From assembly GCA_905234235.1 (NCBI GenBank), contig CAJOHN010000008.1, positions 97,406 through 161,405 of the forward strand: 64,000 bases of DNA. The letters are read 5' to 3'. The stretch's first letter is position 1, and each line of letters starts with the position of its first letter. Origin of the DNA: an uncultured Selenomonadaceae bacterium. GTDB taxonomy: Bacteria > Bacillota > Negativicutes > Selenomonadales > Selenomonadaceae. Below are positions 19,848 to 29,935 of this stretch, piece after piece. A program made the translations under genes and the position numbers. The notes under the pieces were generated by a model. The model was not told where the DNA came from. It saw only the letters and a list, made by a program, of their open reading frames with translations, and searched no databases.

Positions 19848-21731
19848 TTAAATGATGTTTTTTTCGTAGGCGTCGTAAAGAGATTTTAGCTCTTCAACCT
19901 TATTGTAAATTTCAACTTGCAGACGCGACGCCGTTTCATATTCGCCGGAGTTCAGCGCGTTGATTAGTTGAGTGAATAAAGATTTTTCGTCGATTGAATC
20001 TTTGGCGAGTGCGGCACGTAATAAAAAAATTTTGTTCCAGTTGTAGGCGTCGAGGTCGGTTACAAATTCGGCGTCGATTTTTTTTGCTTTACGGACGACA
20101 TTGCGCAGTTCGGGCAGGATTCGCGAAATTAATTCAGTCTTCCAACGTAAAAGTGCGCCGTCGCGGAAGGCGTTGATAATTTTTTCCTGCAAAGCTCCGC
20201 CGCTCGATATAATTTTAACTTTGTCGGGATAATTTTTGAACGCTTGCATATTTTCCCAGACGGTTGCGGGCGGCTTACCGAAAAGTCTATCGCGTTCGGC
20301 TTGCGTGAAGTCCTCGAAAACATCTTGCTCACTGCGATAGGCGCGATTTTTCTCAAGATAAAAACCTTCCGTACCCGCGTCCTTACTAAGTTCAGATAAA
20401 AGTTCGGGCGTCTTATGAGTTATCGCCATCTTCACGCCGTCGAGTATCGCCGAATAGCACGCCGCCAATACCAGATAAATATTCGTGTAGGGATTGCAAG
20501 CGCGTAGTTCAAAACGAGTAGCCATTGGATTTTTCAAGTCCCGAATTAAGCTGACGAGAATTGTCCTGTTCCGCGCAGGAATTTTAGGCGTATTGCCGAG
20601 CGAAGTCACGATACAAACGGGAGCCTCGAAGCCAGGCTTTAAACGGTTCAAAGAGTCATTGGTCGCGCTGACGAACGGATTGATGACTTCATAATTTTTC
20701 AGCAAGCCCATTAACGCGCCGTAGCCGACGGCACTCATATAATCTTCGGCAGGATTTTTCGCGGCAAATAAGTTGTGAATTTTTCCGTCCGCCGTCACCG
20801 CCGCAAGTCCAATGTGCGTGTGTTCGCCGTTGCCCGCAAGCCCAATCATCGGCTTGGCTTTGAACGTAACTTCCAAACCATTAGCACGGAAAATTTCCTT
20901 AACGACTGTCCGAACGACAATTTCATTATCGGCGGCTTGCACAGCGTCAGCGAATCGCCAATCAATTTCGAGCTGTTCGCAAACGTGCGTTAAATGCCCC
21001 GACTCGTCAATCTGCGCCTTAAGCCCGCCAACTTCCTTGTGTCCCATTTCCACTTGCAAGCCGTACTTATCAAGCTCGATTATCGACTGCTCCAACGCGC
21101 AACGTACCGCGCCGTGCGTCCGCTCCCAATATTGCTCCTGCATAATTTCAGCCGCGCTCATTTCCTCGACTGAAGCCTCTTCAAGCGGCGTCTTTACCCA
21201 AAATTCAAGTTCGGTTGCCGACGTAAAAACAATGTCGATAATTTCTTTGCCGCTCACGTCTAAGCCGTCAATTTTCGGATGCTTATGGAAAAGATTTACC
21301 AACTCGCGCTTAACGTGAATCAGCGTATCAGTTAAAACTGCGCGGGAGTCGACGCGTTTGCCCTCGTGAATCAGAAAGCCGGGAATTCTCAGCGTGCCGA
21401 CGGGATTATTCGTGACGTTGTCATAATGTTCAAAATTATAATCGACGAACCAATTAACGGTCGGGTCGACGGGCATATCAACTTTGGCATTGTTGAGCGT
21501 AGCAATACCCGGCAACACGACGCTTGAACCGTCCGTCTGAACAGCTCGCCCCGCATAAAATTCGTCAATGTCCTTGATAAAAATGCGCACGGGAATTTTT
21601 TCGTCAGTATCGTTACCCGCCAAATCAATTCCAACCAGCGACACAAATTTTATTTCGGGGTGCTCGCGTAGCTGACGAATAATTTCTTCCTTCGGAGTGT
21701 TCGCTTTAATCGTGTACAATAAATCTGCCAT
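19848..21731 (-). CDS. glnA: Glutamine synthetase (long Firmicutes-type form)
   Basis: TDGSSV, ATELEFWV, EMGHKEVGG, AGNGEHTH, RLKPGFEAP, RFELR. Confidence 0.92.
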   Translation of the reverse strand: MADLLYTIKANTPKEEIIRQLREHPEIKFVSLVGIDLAGNDTDEKIPVRIFIKDIDEFYAGRAVQTDGSSVVLPGIATLNNAKVDMPVDPTVNWFVDYNFEHYDNVTNNPVGTLRIPGFLIHEGKRVDSRAVLTDTLIHVKRELVNLFHKHPKIDGLDVSGKEIIDIVFTSATELEFWVKTPLEEASVEEMSAAEIMQEQYWERTHGAVRCALEQSIIELDKYGLQVEMGHKEVGGLKAQIDESGHLTHVCEQLEIDWRFADAVQAADNEIVVRTVVKEIFRANGLEVTFKAKPMIGLAGNGEHTHIGLAAVTADGKIHNLFAAKNPAEDYMSAVGYGALMGLLKNYEVINPFVSATNDSLNRLKPGFEAPVCIVTSLGNTPKIPARNRTILVSLIRDLKNPMATRFELRACNPYTNIYLVLAACYSAILDGVKMAITHKTPELLSELSKDAGTEGFYLEKNRAYRSEQDVFEDFTQAERDRLFGKPPATVWENMQAFKNYPDKVKIISSGGALQEKIINAFRDGALLRWKTELISRILPELRNVVRKAKKIDAEFVTDLDAYNWNKIFLLRAALAKDSIDEKSLFTQLINALNSGEYETASRLQVEIYNKVEELKSLYDAYEKNII

Positions 21732-21846
21732 AAATCCACCTCCAATAATTCCGCCACACTTTACCATAAAAATATTTCATGAACAAGTTTTTAACTTGCC
21801 GTCGCCGTGATTTGTAAATATAATCTTGCCGAGAGGAGGAGACGTT

Positions 21847-22590
21847 ATGAAAAAATTTTTGAGCGCGTTGATAAGAATATGGAAGATATAAGCAACGCCA
21901 CTGAAATTGCACGCGTAGAAGCGAGGCGCGACGCCTCTGAAAAAGCGGGGACGGCTATAAAAAGTTATTCGCGAGTTGGAAGCGGAACTTAGAAAAGCTA
22001 AAGCAGAAAAAAATCAGCACGAGTTTGACCTTAAGCAGAATCAATTTTTAATCGCCAAATACGAGCGCGACTTGGACATCTACGACTTCGACAAAAAAAT
22101 AAATCTGCAAGACATGATGGCGACTGCAGAAAAATTGGCAACCCTTGACGCGGGCAATGCGGCGGCATTTCGTGGGATTGTTTACGTCTATCGTCACGAG
22201 GACAAGATTCAAAACGTCGTCGAATACTGCAAACAGATTTTGAACGCGAACACGTCCGTTGAGTTATCGATTGAAGCTTGCGCTCAGCTCGGCGATATTT
22301 ACTACAATGAAATTTTCGACACGCCGACTGCTAAAAAATACGTCGACATGGGAATTGCTTTCGTTAAGAAAAAATATTCCAAAGCTGAGATTGAAAAGCT
22401 CGTCAACGGCACCAACGTCGAGATTGTAGATTTCAAATTCGTCGGGCGTTCAAATACGGTCAGAGAGCTTTATGTTTTAAAGTCTGACATCGAAAATATA
22501 AACCCCGAGTTTGACCGCATGACAACAATTAAAGATTGTGAGCTTGTCGAGGATAAATTTTATAACATTAAGTACCGCGTCGATTGGTGA
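21847..22590 (+). pseudogene. Secreted-protein gene with internal deletions and frameshifts, related at the N-terminus to 29936-31927
   Basis: TTGCCG-N17-TATAAT promoter, GGAGGAG RBS, MKKFLSALI start; ARVEARRDASEKAGTAIKSYS in a second frame; then ORF 21976-22590. Confidence 0.65.
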
Positions 22591-22592
22591 AA

Positions 22593-23006
22593 TTATTTCT
22601 GAAGCTTCTTCAAATCTTTGTCGGTTACGGCGATTCTCATTGTTACTTTGCAAATTAAGTTTCCTTCGTCGTCAAAACAAAATTTGGCGTTACCCGTTTG
22701 CCGCGCATTTTTTGAAACGAACTTAAAAGCCTCGCTGTCATGTAAAATAAATGCTCTGAATATCTCATGTTCAGTTCCGTCAGCATCATGTTCAATTTTA
22801 GTATCGGTTGTTACTAAAATTTTTTCGGTAAGAACTGCCAAAGCATCCATACGAGCGATTTGACGAGCAAGATTTTTATACATGGGGTCTTTTTGGTCAT
22901 AATTATCCAGATAATAACAACCTTCGGCTTCAAGATATTCTTCTGCAAAAGCTGTCGAACTTACTAAGAACATCAGCGCGAACACCGCGATAAACTTCCG
23001 AAACAT
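22593..23006 (-). CDS. Secreted hypothetical protein (LPP20/FlgT-N-like motif)
   Basis: Signal peptide ending AFA; EAEG.Y...ARQIARMDAL..L.E motif. Confidence 0.65.
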   Translation of the reverse strand: MFRKFIAVFALMFLVSSTAFAEEYLEAEGCYYLDNYDQKDPMYKNLARQIARMDALAVLTEKILVTTDTKIEHDADGTEHEIFRAFILHDSEAFKFVSKNARQTGNAKFCFDDEGNLICKVTMRIAVTDKDLKKLQK

Positions 23007-23120
23007 TTCAATCACGCTCCTTTAAGGTTGTTCCCAAAATCTATCACATTTCCTTTTTAATGTCGACAGGCAACGGCGATTTATTGTATAATGTTAAAAA
23101 TTTTTTTGGAGGTCGATTTT

Positions 23121-24533
23121 ATGTTGAAGAAAACTAAAATCATCTGCACGCAAGGACCCGCTACCGACGCGCCGGGCGTTATCGAGAAGCTCATCGAAAA
23201 CGGTATGAACGCCGCCCGTTTTAATTTCTCGCACGGAGATCACGCGGGGCATAAGAAACGTATCGACGCAGTAAAAGCCGCCGCCGCGAAGACGGGCAAA
23301 ATCATTCCGCTGATTCTCGATACCAAAGGTCCGGAAATGCGGCTCGGTCTGTTCAAGGGCGATTCTGTTCAGCTCGTCGAAGGCAACAAATTCATCCTCG
23401 TCAACGACGACATCGAAGGCGACGAAACTAAAGCCACCGTCAACCACAAGCTCCTTTACACCGAAGTTAAAGTCGGCGATAAACTTCTCTTGAACGACGG
23501 ACTTGTTGAGTTGCGCATTGACGAGATTAGAGGCAAAGACATTTACACGACGATTCTTAACAGCGGCAAGATGAGTTCGCGTAAACGCGTCGCCGCGCCG
23601 GGAGTATCGCTCGGATTGCCTGCCGTCAGCGAACAGGACGAGAAAGATATTATCTTCGGCATTGAAAACGATATGGACTTTGTCGCGGCGAGTTTCATTC
23701 AGCGTGCGGCAGACGTTGAGGAAATTCGCGCTCTCATTAATAAACACGGCGGGCACATGGAAATTATCTCCAAGATTGAGAACCTCGAAGGCGTTAAAAA
23801 TATCGACGACATTATTGCGGCGAGCGATGGCATTATGGTTGCGCGCGGCGACTTGGGCGTCGAAATTCCCGCCGAAGACGTTCCCATTATCCAAAAAGAT
23901 ATTATCAAGAAATGTAACGCGGTTGGTAAAGTTGTTATCGTCGCGACGCAAATGTTGGAGAGTATGACGACGAATCCTCGCCCGACCCGCGCAGAAGTTT
24001 CCGACGTTGGCAACGCAATTCTCGACGGCGCAGATGTCATTATGTTAAGCGGCGAGACTGCAAGCGGTAAATATCCCGTCGAAGCCGCAACCATGATGAA
24101 TCAAATCGCACTGCGCATTGAGGAATCTCTCGAATACAAAGAAATTTTCCTTATGAAGGGCATGGGCAGGAAATATTCTCACACCGACGCCATTGCGCAC
24201 GCGACCGTTCAACTTTGCTACGAACTCAACGCCGCCGCGATTATCACGCCGACTAAATCGGGTTATACAACTCGCGTCGTCTCGAAATATAAGCCTAAAG
24301 CTCCGATTATCGCGTTCACGCAGATAGATCAAGTTGCTCGCCATTTGAACTTACGTTGGGGCGTCTTCCCGATTTCCGGCACGCCTTGGCTCGATATTGT
24401 TCAGATGATTGATTACTCGGCGACAAGCGCGCTTGAACATGATTACGTTAAGAAAGGCGACCTCGTTATTTTAACGGCGGGCATGAAGTACGGCGAAGGC
24501 GGCACCAGCTCAATCAGACTGCACACGATTTAA
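23121..24533 (+). CDS. pyk: Pyruvate kinase
   Basis: KTKIICTQGP, ARFNFSHG, DTKGPEMR, DGIMVARGDLGVE, MLSGETA. Confidence 0.98.
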   Translation: MLKKTKIICTQGPATDAPGVIEKLIENGMNAARFNFSHGDHAGHKKRIDAVKAAAAKTGKIIPLILDTKGPEMRLGLFKGDSVQLVEGNKFILVNDDIEGDETKATVNHKLLYTEVKVGDKLLLNDGLVELRIDEIRGKDIYTTILNSGKMSSRKRVAAPGVSLGLPAVSEQDEKDIIFGIENDMDFVAASFIQRAADVEEIRALINKHGGHMEIISKIENLEGVKNIDDIIAASDGIMVARGDLGVEIPAEDVPIIQKDIIKKCNAVGKVVIVATQMLESMTTNPRPTRAEVSDVGNAILDGADVIMLSGETASGKYPVEAATMMNQIALRIEESLEYKEIFLMKGMGRKYSHTDAIAHATVQLCYELNAAAIITPTKSGYTTRVVSKYKPKAPIIAFTQIDQVARHLNLRWGVFPISGTPWLDIVQMIDYSATSALEHDYVKKGDLVILTAGMKYGEGGTSSIRLHTI

Positions 24534-24553
24534 AATCCCCGATAAAAATTTTT

Positions 24554-24578
24554 GCCCGTCAATGCGACGGGTTTTTTT
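24554..24578 (+). terminator. pyk terminator
   Basis: GCCCGTC-AATGC-GACGGGT followed by a T-run. Confidence 0.75.
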
Positions 24579-24608
24579 GTGTTATAATCTGCGCGGAGGC
24601 GATTAACT

Positions 24609-25856
24609 TTGGTAAGAAAATTTTATCCGTTGCGCCCGATACAGCGTTGGCTGGTCGATACGCACTTCAATAAGGCAAAATCAACGATGATGAATATCGG
24701 CGGGCTGTTCAAACTTGCGGCGGCAATAGACATGGAACGATTAGCGACGGCGATAAATCAAGTGATAACGACGCACGACGTTTTTAGTTGCAGGCTGGTA
24801 TTTCATCCTCAGACAAGCGAGTTATGTCAAATTTTCAATGAGGAGATTGATTTAGTTCGCGTCGAACATTTGACCAACGAAGAATTTCAAGCACGGTTAG
24901 AAAAATTGCGCGAGCCGTATTACTTGATATACGAGCCGCTTTTCCGCATTTATCTGATTGAGACGCCGAGCGCGAAGTATCTCTACGTGGATTTTTATCA
25001 TGCGATAATGGACGGCGTATCGGCGGCGTATCTGTTTTGGCACGAGATTAACAGAGCTTATCGCGGGCGCAAAAGTAAACGCGAACCGTTGAGTTATGCG
25101 GCTTATGTGGAAGAGGAGGCGAACGTTCCAAAAGAAAAGTTGGAGGCGGGGCACGATTACTGGCGGAAAATCCTCGCGCCCTTTGACGAGAAAAAACATT
25201 TGCCGCCCGTAAACGTTGAAGGCGTAGCGGCATGGACTCAAGGGAATTTCGATTATACCTTCCGCGACTTCAAGCAGGATTTTTTTATTGACAGCGGCTT
25301 GAATGAAAATACTTTTTTTCTCGGCGCGTGTATGTTGACGCTGGCGAAGATTACGGGCTCGAACGAAGCAATAATGAGTTGGATACATAACGGACGCACT
25401 AAGCCCAGTGAATATCGCATAATGGGGCTTATGCTGGAGCAATTTCCTTGCGCGTTCGACTTCCACGAAGACATTACCATTGGCGAATTCCTCGACAAGC
25501 TCACCGAACAGATTAAAACCGGCATGAAGTACCGCAAGAGTTTGGAAGTTGTTTATGACGAGGGGCTTGAAGATGATTGCGTGAGTTTTATTTTCCAGAA
25601 GGCGATGCACGGCAATTTACTTTTAGACGACACGCCCGCGCAGGTTGTCTACTTGCCGCCCAATGAAATTTCTGCCGTCGAAAACGCGCTTGACATTGAA
25701 ATAAACGCTGAGGACAAGGACGCTTACAATTTATTTTTAGATTACGACGCGAGCCGCTATTCGGAAAGTGATATGAATAATTTCGCTTTGACGCTTGAAA
25801 AAATTTTGTTAGACATGCGCGATACCAAACGATTAATTTCCGGGATTCTTGGCTGA
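24609..25856 (+). CDS. Stand-alone NRPS-type condensation-domain protein
   Basis: YPLRPIQRW (C1), PLFRIYL, FYHAIMDGVS (HHxxxDG variant), HDYWRKIL, HNGR and YDASRYS; no A or T domain. Confidence 0.85.
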   Translation: MVRKFYPLRPIQRWLVDTHFNKAKSTMMNIGGLFKLAAAIDMERLATAINQVITTHDVFSCRLVFHPQTSELCQIFNEEIDLVRVEHLTNEEFQARLEKLREPYYLIYEPLFRIYLIETPSAKYLYVDFYHAIMDGVSAAYLFWHEINRAYRGRKSKREPLSYAAYVEEEANVPKEKLEAGHDYWRKILAPFDEKKHLPPVNVEGVAAWTQGNFDYTFRDFKQDFFIDSGLNENTFFLGACMLTLAKITGSNEAIMSWIHNGRTKPSEYRIMGLMLEQFPCAFDFHEDITIGEFLDKLTEQIKTGMKYRKSLEVVYDEGLEDDCVSFIFQKAMHGNLLLDDTPAQVVYLPPNEISAVENALDIEINAEDKDAYNLFLDYDASRYSESDMNNFALTLEKILLDMRDTKRLISGILG

Positions 25857-25957
25857 AAAAATTTTTTCCATAACGAAATTTTTTGCGATGTGTAACTTGA
25901 TTGACACACCGCTTTTTTGTATAATGCGGGAAATTTTTTTTGAAAGGTTGCTGGGAA

Positions 25958-27028
25958 ATGAAAAGAGAACTGATACGCTTGGAAAATATAGCCAAGTCTT
26001 TTGGGAATTTGCGCGTGCTCGACGAAATTGATTTATCGATACACGAAAGCGAATTCATAACATTGCTCGGACCGAGTGGTTGCGGCAAGACGACGATGCT
26101 AAGAATAATCGGCGGCTTTGAAATGCCGGACACGGGGCGCGTGATTTTCGACGGCAAGGATATAACGAACTTGCCGCCCAATCGAAGACCGATTAATACA
26201 GTTTTCCAGAAGTATTCGCTCTTTTCACACATGAACGTTGAAGAAAATATTGCCTTCGGACCAAAAATCGCGGGCAAGTCGGCTGATTACATTCGTGACA
26301 AAATTAAATACGCGCTGAAACTCGTCAACCTTGAAGGCTACGAAAAACACGACGTTACAAAACTCAGCGGCGGACAACAACAACGTATCGCTATCGCCCG
26401 CGCAGTCGTCAACGAGCCGAAAGTTTTATTATTGGACGAGCCGCTTAGTGCTTTGGATTTAAAACTCCGCCGGAACATGCGCCGCGAACTCGTCCGCATA
26501 AACAAAGAGACCGGCATAACTTTTATTTTCGTGACGCACGACCAAGAAGAGGCGTTGTCGATGAGCGACCGCGTTGTCGTCATGAATCAAGGTTACATTC
26601 AGCAAGTCGGCACGCCCGAAAATGTTTATAACGAGCCGGAAAATGCGTTCGTGGCTGATTTTATCGGCGACAGCAACATAATCGATGGCATCATGGTTCG
26701 CGACGGCTTGGTTAGAATTTTGGGCAGGGAATATCCTTGCGTTGATAGCGGTTTCCCTGAAAATTCTCCCGTTGACGTTCAGATTCGCCCCGAAGATATT
26801 AAACTTGCCGCGCCGCAGGAAGGTGCTTTTAATGGCGTTGTAACCCGCGCAGTTTTTTGGGGCATGTCTTACGATATAAACGTCGAGGCTGACGGTTTTG
26901 AATGGCTGATTCAATCGACGACGGGGCGCACGGTTGGTGAGAAAGTCAGTTTACACGTCGCGCCGGAAAATATTCAAATCATGAGCAAACCGCAATCGGA
27001 AGACGAGGAGGTTGCTCAAGATGTTTAA
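25958..27028 (+). CDS. potA: Spermidine/putrescine ABC transporter ATPase
   Basis: GPSGCGKTT, LPPNRRPINTVFQ, LSGGQQQR, TOBE-like C-terminus. Confidence 0.95.
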   Translation: MKRELIRLENIAKSFGNLRVLDEIDLSIHESEFITLLGPSGCGKTTMLRIIGGFEMPDTGRVIFDGKDITNLPPNRRPINTVFQKYSLFSHMNVEENIAFGPKIAGKSADYIRDKIKYALKLVNLEGYEKHDVTKLSGGQQQRIAIARAVVNEPKVLLLDEPLSALDLKLRRNMRRELVRINKETGITFIFVTHDQEEALSMSDRVVVMNQGYIQQVGTPENVYNEPENAFVADFIGDSNIIDGIMVRDGLVRILGREYPCVDSGFPENSPVDVQIRPEDIKLAAPQEGAFNGVVTRAVFWGMSYDINVEADGFEWLIQSTTGRTVGEKVSLHVAPENIQIMSKPQSEDEEVAQDV

Positions 27029-27845
27029 TCTCGGCACGCGAAATATTTTGCTGATGCCTTTTTTGATTTGGGCGGGGCTTTTTATTTTTATTCCGCTGAT
27101 ATTTATCGTCTGGTACGGTGTGACTGATTACGACGGAAATTTTTCATTGGCGAACGTCGGATTGATATTTGAGCGCGGATATTTGGACGCGTTGAAGTTA
27201 TCGATATGGCTCGCGCTAATCAGCACGGTAATTTGTTTACTGATGGCGTATCCGCTGTGCTTAATCTTGACGGAACGTCAGCGCGACAACACGACGATAA
27301 TATCGCTACTGTTCATATTGCCGCTGTGGATGAACTCGCTCCTGTCGACGATGGCTTGGCAAACGATTTTGGAGGGCAATGGGATAATCAATCAAATCGT
27401 GCGGCTGTTATCGTTGCCCGACCTGCAGATGATAAACACGGAAGGCGCAATCGTCTTGGGCATGGTTTATAATTATTTGCCGTACATGGTTTTGCCGCTG
27501 TACATCACATTAACAAAAATAGACAGGAGAATTTTAGAGGCGGCGCGAGATTTAGGCGCGAACTCTTGGCAGACGTTCATAAAAATAATTTTGCCGCTTA
27601 GTTTACCGGGCGCAGTCAGCGGAATCACAATGGTATTTATCCCTGCGCTCACGACGTTTGTTATCAGCGCATTGCTCGGCGGCGGCAAGCTCCTCCTTAT
27701 CGGCAACATTATCGAACAGGAATTTACTTTCCAATACGATTGGCACGTCGGCTGTGCGTTATCGGTGATTCTGATGATTTTTATCGTGCTGAATATGATT
27801 TTGACGACGATGTTTGATAACAGCCACGAGGAGGAGGATTTTTAA
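27021..27845 (+). CDS. potB: Spermidine/putrescine ABC permease
   Basis: GMVYNYLPYMVLPLY, EAARDLGA. Confidence 0.93.
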   Translation: MFNLGTRNILLMPFLIWAGLFIFIPLIFIVWYGVTDYDGNFSLANVGLIFERGYLDALKLSIWLALISTVICLLMAYPLCLILTERQRDNTTIISLLFILPLWMNSLLSTMAWQTILEGNGIINQIVRLLSLPDLQMINTEGAIVLGMVYNYLPYMVLPLYITLTKIDRRILEAARDLGANSWQTFIKIILPLSLPGAVSGITMVFIPALTTFVISALLGGGKLLLIGNIIEQEFTFQYDWHVGCALSVILMIFIVLNMILTTMFDNSHEEEDF

Positions 27846-28627
27846 TGCGATACGTCAAGCAGATTTACCTCGCGATAATTTTCTTATTCCTCTACGCGCC
27901 GATTGGAGTTTTGATAGCGCAGTCGTTCAACGCGAGCCGTTATCGGGGGCATTGGACGGGCGTGACGCTTGATTGGTACACGAAACTTTTCAACGACGCC
28001 AGACTAGCCGACGCCTTATCAAACACGTTGACAATCGGATTGTTATCGGCGGGCATTGCGACAATTTTAGGCTTGATAACGTGCGTGGCGATGAAGGAAC
28101 TTTCGCGGAAGTGGCGGGCGACGTTCCTTAGCATAACGAACATCCCGATATTGAACGCGGACATTGTCACTGGAATATCTTTAATGTTGTTGTTTATGGG
28201 AATGGGGCTCAAGCTCGGCTACGTGTCGATTTTGCTGGCGCATATCGTCTTCAACGTGCCGTATGTAATTTTGTGTATCATGCCGCAGCTGATGGCGTTG
28301 GACAAAAGTTTTTACGAGGCGGCGTTGGATTTGGGAGCGTCGCCGTTCAAAGCGTTTACGAGCGTAATTTTGCCGGAGTTGCGACCGAGTATTTTTGCGG
28401 GCTTTTTATTGGCGTTCACGATGTCAGCAGACGATTTCATAATTACTCACTTCACGAAGGGCGCGGGCGTCGACACGTTGACGACGGCAATTTACGCGCA
28501 GTTGAAATTGGGCATTCATCCCGAAATGTACGCGCTTTCTACTCTGGTATTTTTTACCGTGTTAATATTTGTTATGTTGTTCGCGATTAATCGTCGCAAG
28601 TTGAAAAAATATGAAGAGGTTTTCTAA
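27845..28627 (+). CDS. potC: Spermidine/putrescine ABC permease
   Basis: FLYAPI..SFN, EAALDLGA, FTMSADDF. Confidence 0.93.
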   Translation: MRYVKQIYLAIIFLFLYAPIGVLIAQSFNASRYRGHWTGVTLDWYTKLFNDARLADALSNTLTIGLLSAGIATILGLITCVAMKELSRKWRATFLSITNIPILNADIVTGISLMLLFMGMGLKLGYVSILLAHIVFNVPYVILCIMPQLMALDKSFYEAALDLGASPFKAFTSVILPELRPSIFAGFLLAFTMSADDFIITHFTKGAGVDTLTTAIYAQLKLGIHPEMYALSTLVFFTVLIFVMLFAINRRKLKKYEEVF

Positions 28628-28783
28628 GAAGAGCCTATGAAAAGCAAATACCCGGCGCACACGGACGTGCGACGCCCCGCGTTGAAAACAGGATGTTTTC
28701 TAGCGGGTGAGCGTCTTTCTTTGCATACTTTCTTTGACGCTAACAAAGAAAGTATGAATAAAACATATGAGGAGGTTTTCTAA
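28609..28783 (+). mobile_element. ~137-bp non-coding multi-hairpin insertion (28628-28764) flanked by a 19-bp direct repeat
   Basis: ATATGAAGAGGTTTTCTAA (28609-28627) and ATATGAGGAGGTTTTCTAA (28765-28783); three internal hairpins; related copy at 19718-19838. Confidence 0.7.
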
Positions 28784-29841
28784 TGAACAAACTTAAAATT
28801 CTCGCGCTTATCTTAGTGAGCTGTCTGACGTTCGGTTGCGGTTCGGGCGGCGGCGATAAGGCGGAGGAAAAAGTCTACGTGTACAGCTGGGGCGATTACG
28901 TTGACCCCGAAGTCTTGAAGATTTTCGAGCAGGAGACGGGTATCCGCGTCGTCCTCGACGAATTCGACACTAACGAGAGCATGTATCCTCGCGTGGCGGA
29001 GGGCGCAGTTCACTACGACGTTATCTGCCCGTCCGATTACATGATTCAAAAACTTATCAGCAACGATTTGATTCAGTCGTTGGACTTCACGAAACTCCCC
29101 GAAGCTAAAAAGAATATCGGCGAAGAATTTTTCAAGCAGGCTGAGACGTTCGACCCCGGCAACAAATACGTCGTGCCTTACTGCTGGGGAACTGTCGGCA
29201 TAATCTACGACAAAACGAAAGTTACTGACCCCGTCGACAGCTGGAATATTCTTTGGAATGAAAAATACGCGGGGCAAATTCTTATGCAAGATTCGGCTCG
29301 CGACGCGTTGATGATTCCGCTTAAGCTTATGGGCAAAAGTTTGAACGAAACTAATCAAGACGTTTTGGCAGAGGCGCAGGCGATGTTAAAGAAACAAAAG
29401 CCGCTCGTTCAAGCCTACGTTATCGACGAGGTCAAAGAAAAACTTATCAACTCGGAAGCGGCGATGGGCGTTGTATTTTCGGGCGAGGCTCTGATAATTT
29501 TGCAAGAAAATCCTAACATGGCGTTTGCAATTCCTAAGGAAGGCACGAACTTTTGGATTGACGGCTGGGTTATAACTAAGGACGCACAGAACGTCGACAA
29601 CGCGCACAAATTTATCAATTTCATGTGCCGCCCCGACATTGCCGTTAAGAATTTTGATTATCTTGGCTACTCGACGCCGAACACTGCCGTCCGCGATTTG
29701 GTAGAGGATGAAGAAATTAAAAATTCGCCGATAGCTTTCCCGTCGCCCGATGATTACAAAGGACAGGAAACTTATCAATATCTCGGCAACAAAATGGACG
29801 AGTACTACAACAATCTTTGGATGCAGGTTAAGGTTGATTAA
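28783..29841 (+). CDS. potD: Spermidine/putrescine-binding lipoprotein
   Basis: Lipobox TFGC; YSWGDY, FDTNESM, PSDYM, PYCWGTVGI, PKEG. Confidence 0.95.
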   Translation: MNKLKILALILVSCLTFGCGSGGGDKAEEKVYVYSWGDYVDPEVLKIFEQETGIRVVLDEFDTNESMYPRVAEGAVHYDVICPSDYMIQKLISNDLIQSLDFTKLPEAKKNIGEEFFKQAETFDPGNKYVVPYCWGTVGIIYDKTKVTDPVDSWNILWNEKYAGQILMQDSARDALMIPLKLMGKSLNETNQDVLAEAQAMLKKQKPLVQAYVIDEVKEKLINSEAAMGVVFSGEALIILQENPNMAFAIPKEGTNFWIDGWVITKDAQNVDNAHKFINFMCRPDIAVKNFDYLGYSTPNTAVRDLVEDEEIKNSPIAFPSPDDYKGQETYQYLGNKMDEYYNNLWMQVKVD

Positions 29842-29848
29842 TTGCAAC

Positions 29849-29891
29849 GGAGCCGTGTGATTTTCTTGCAAAATTCATGCGGCTCTTTTTT
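29849..29891 (+). terminator. pot operon terminator
   Basis: GAGCCGTGTGATTTT...AAAATTCATGCGGCTC followed by a T-run. Confidence 0.7.
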
Positions 29892-29935
29892 ATTTCGTGA
29901 TACAATCTTGGAAAAATTTTATGGAGGTGTGAGTC

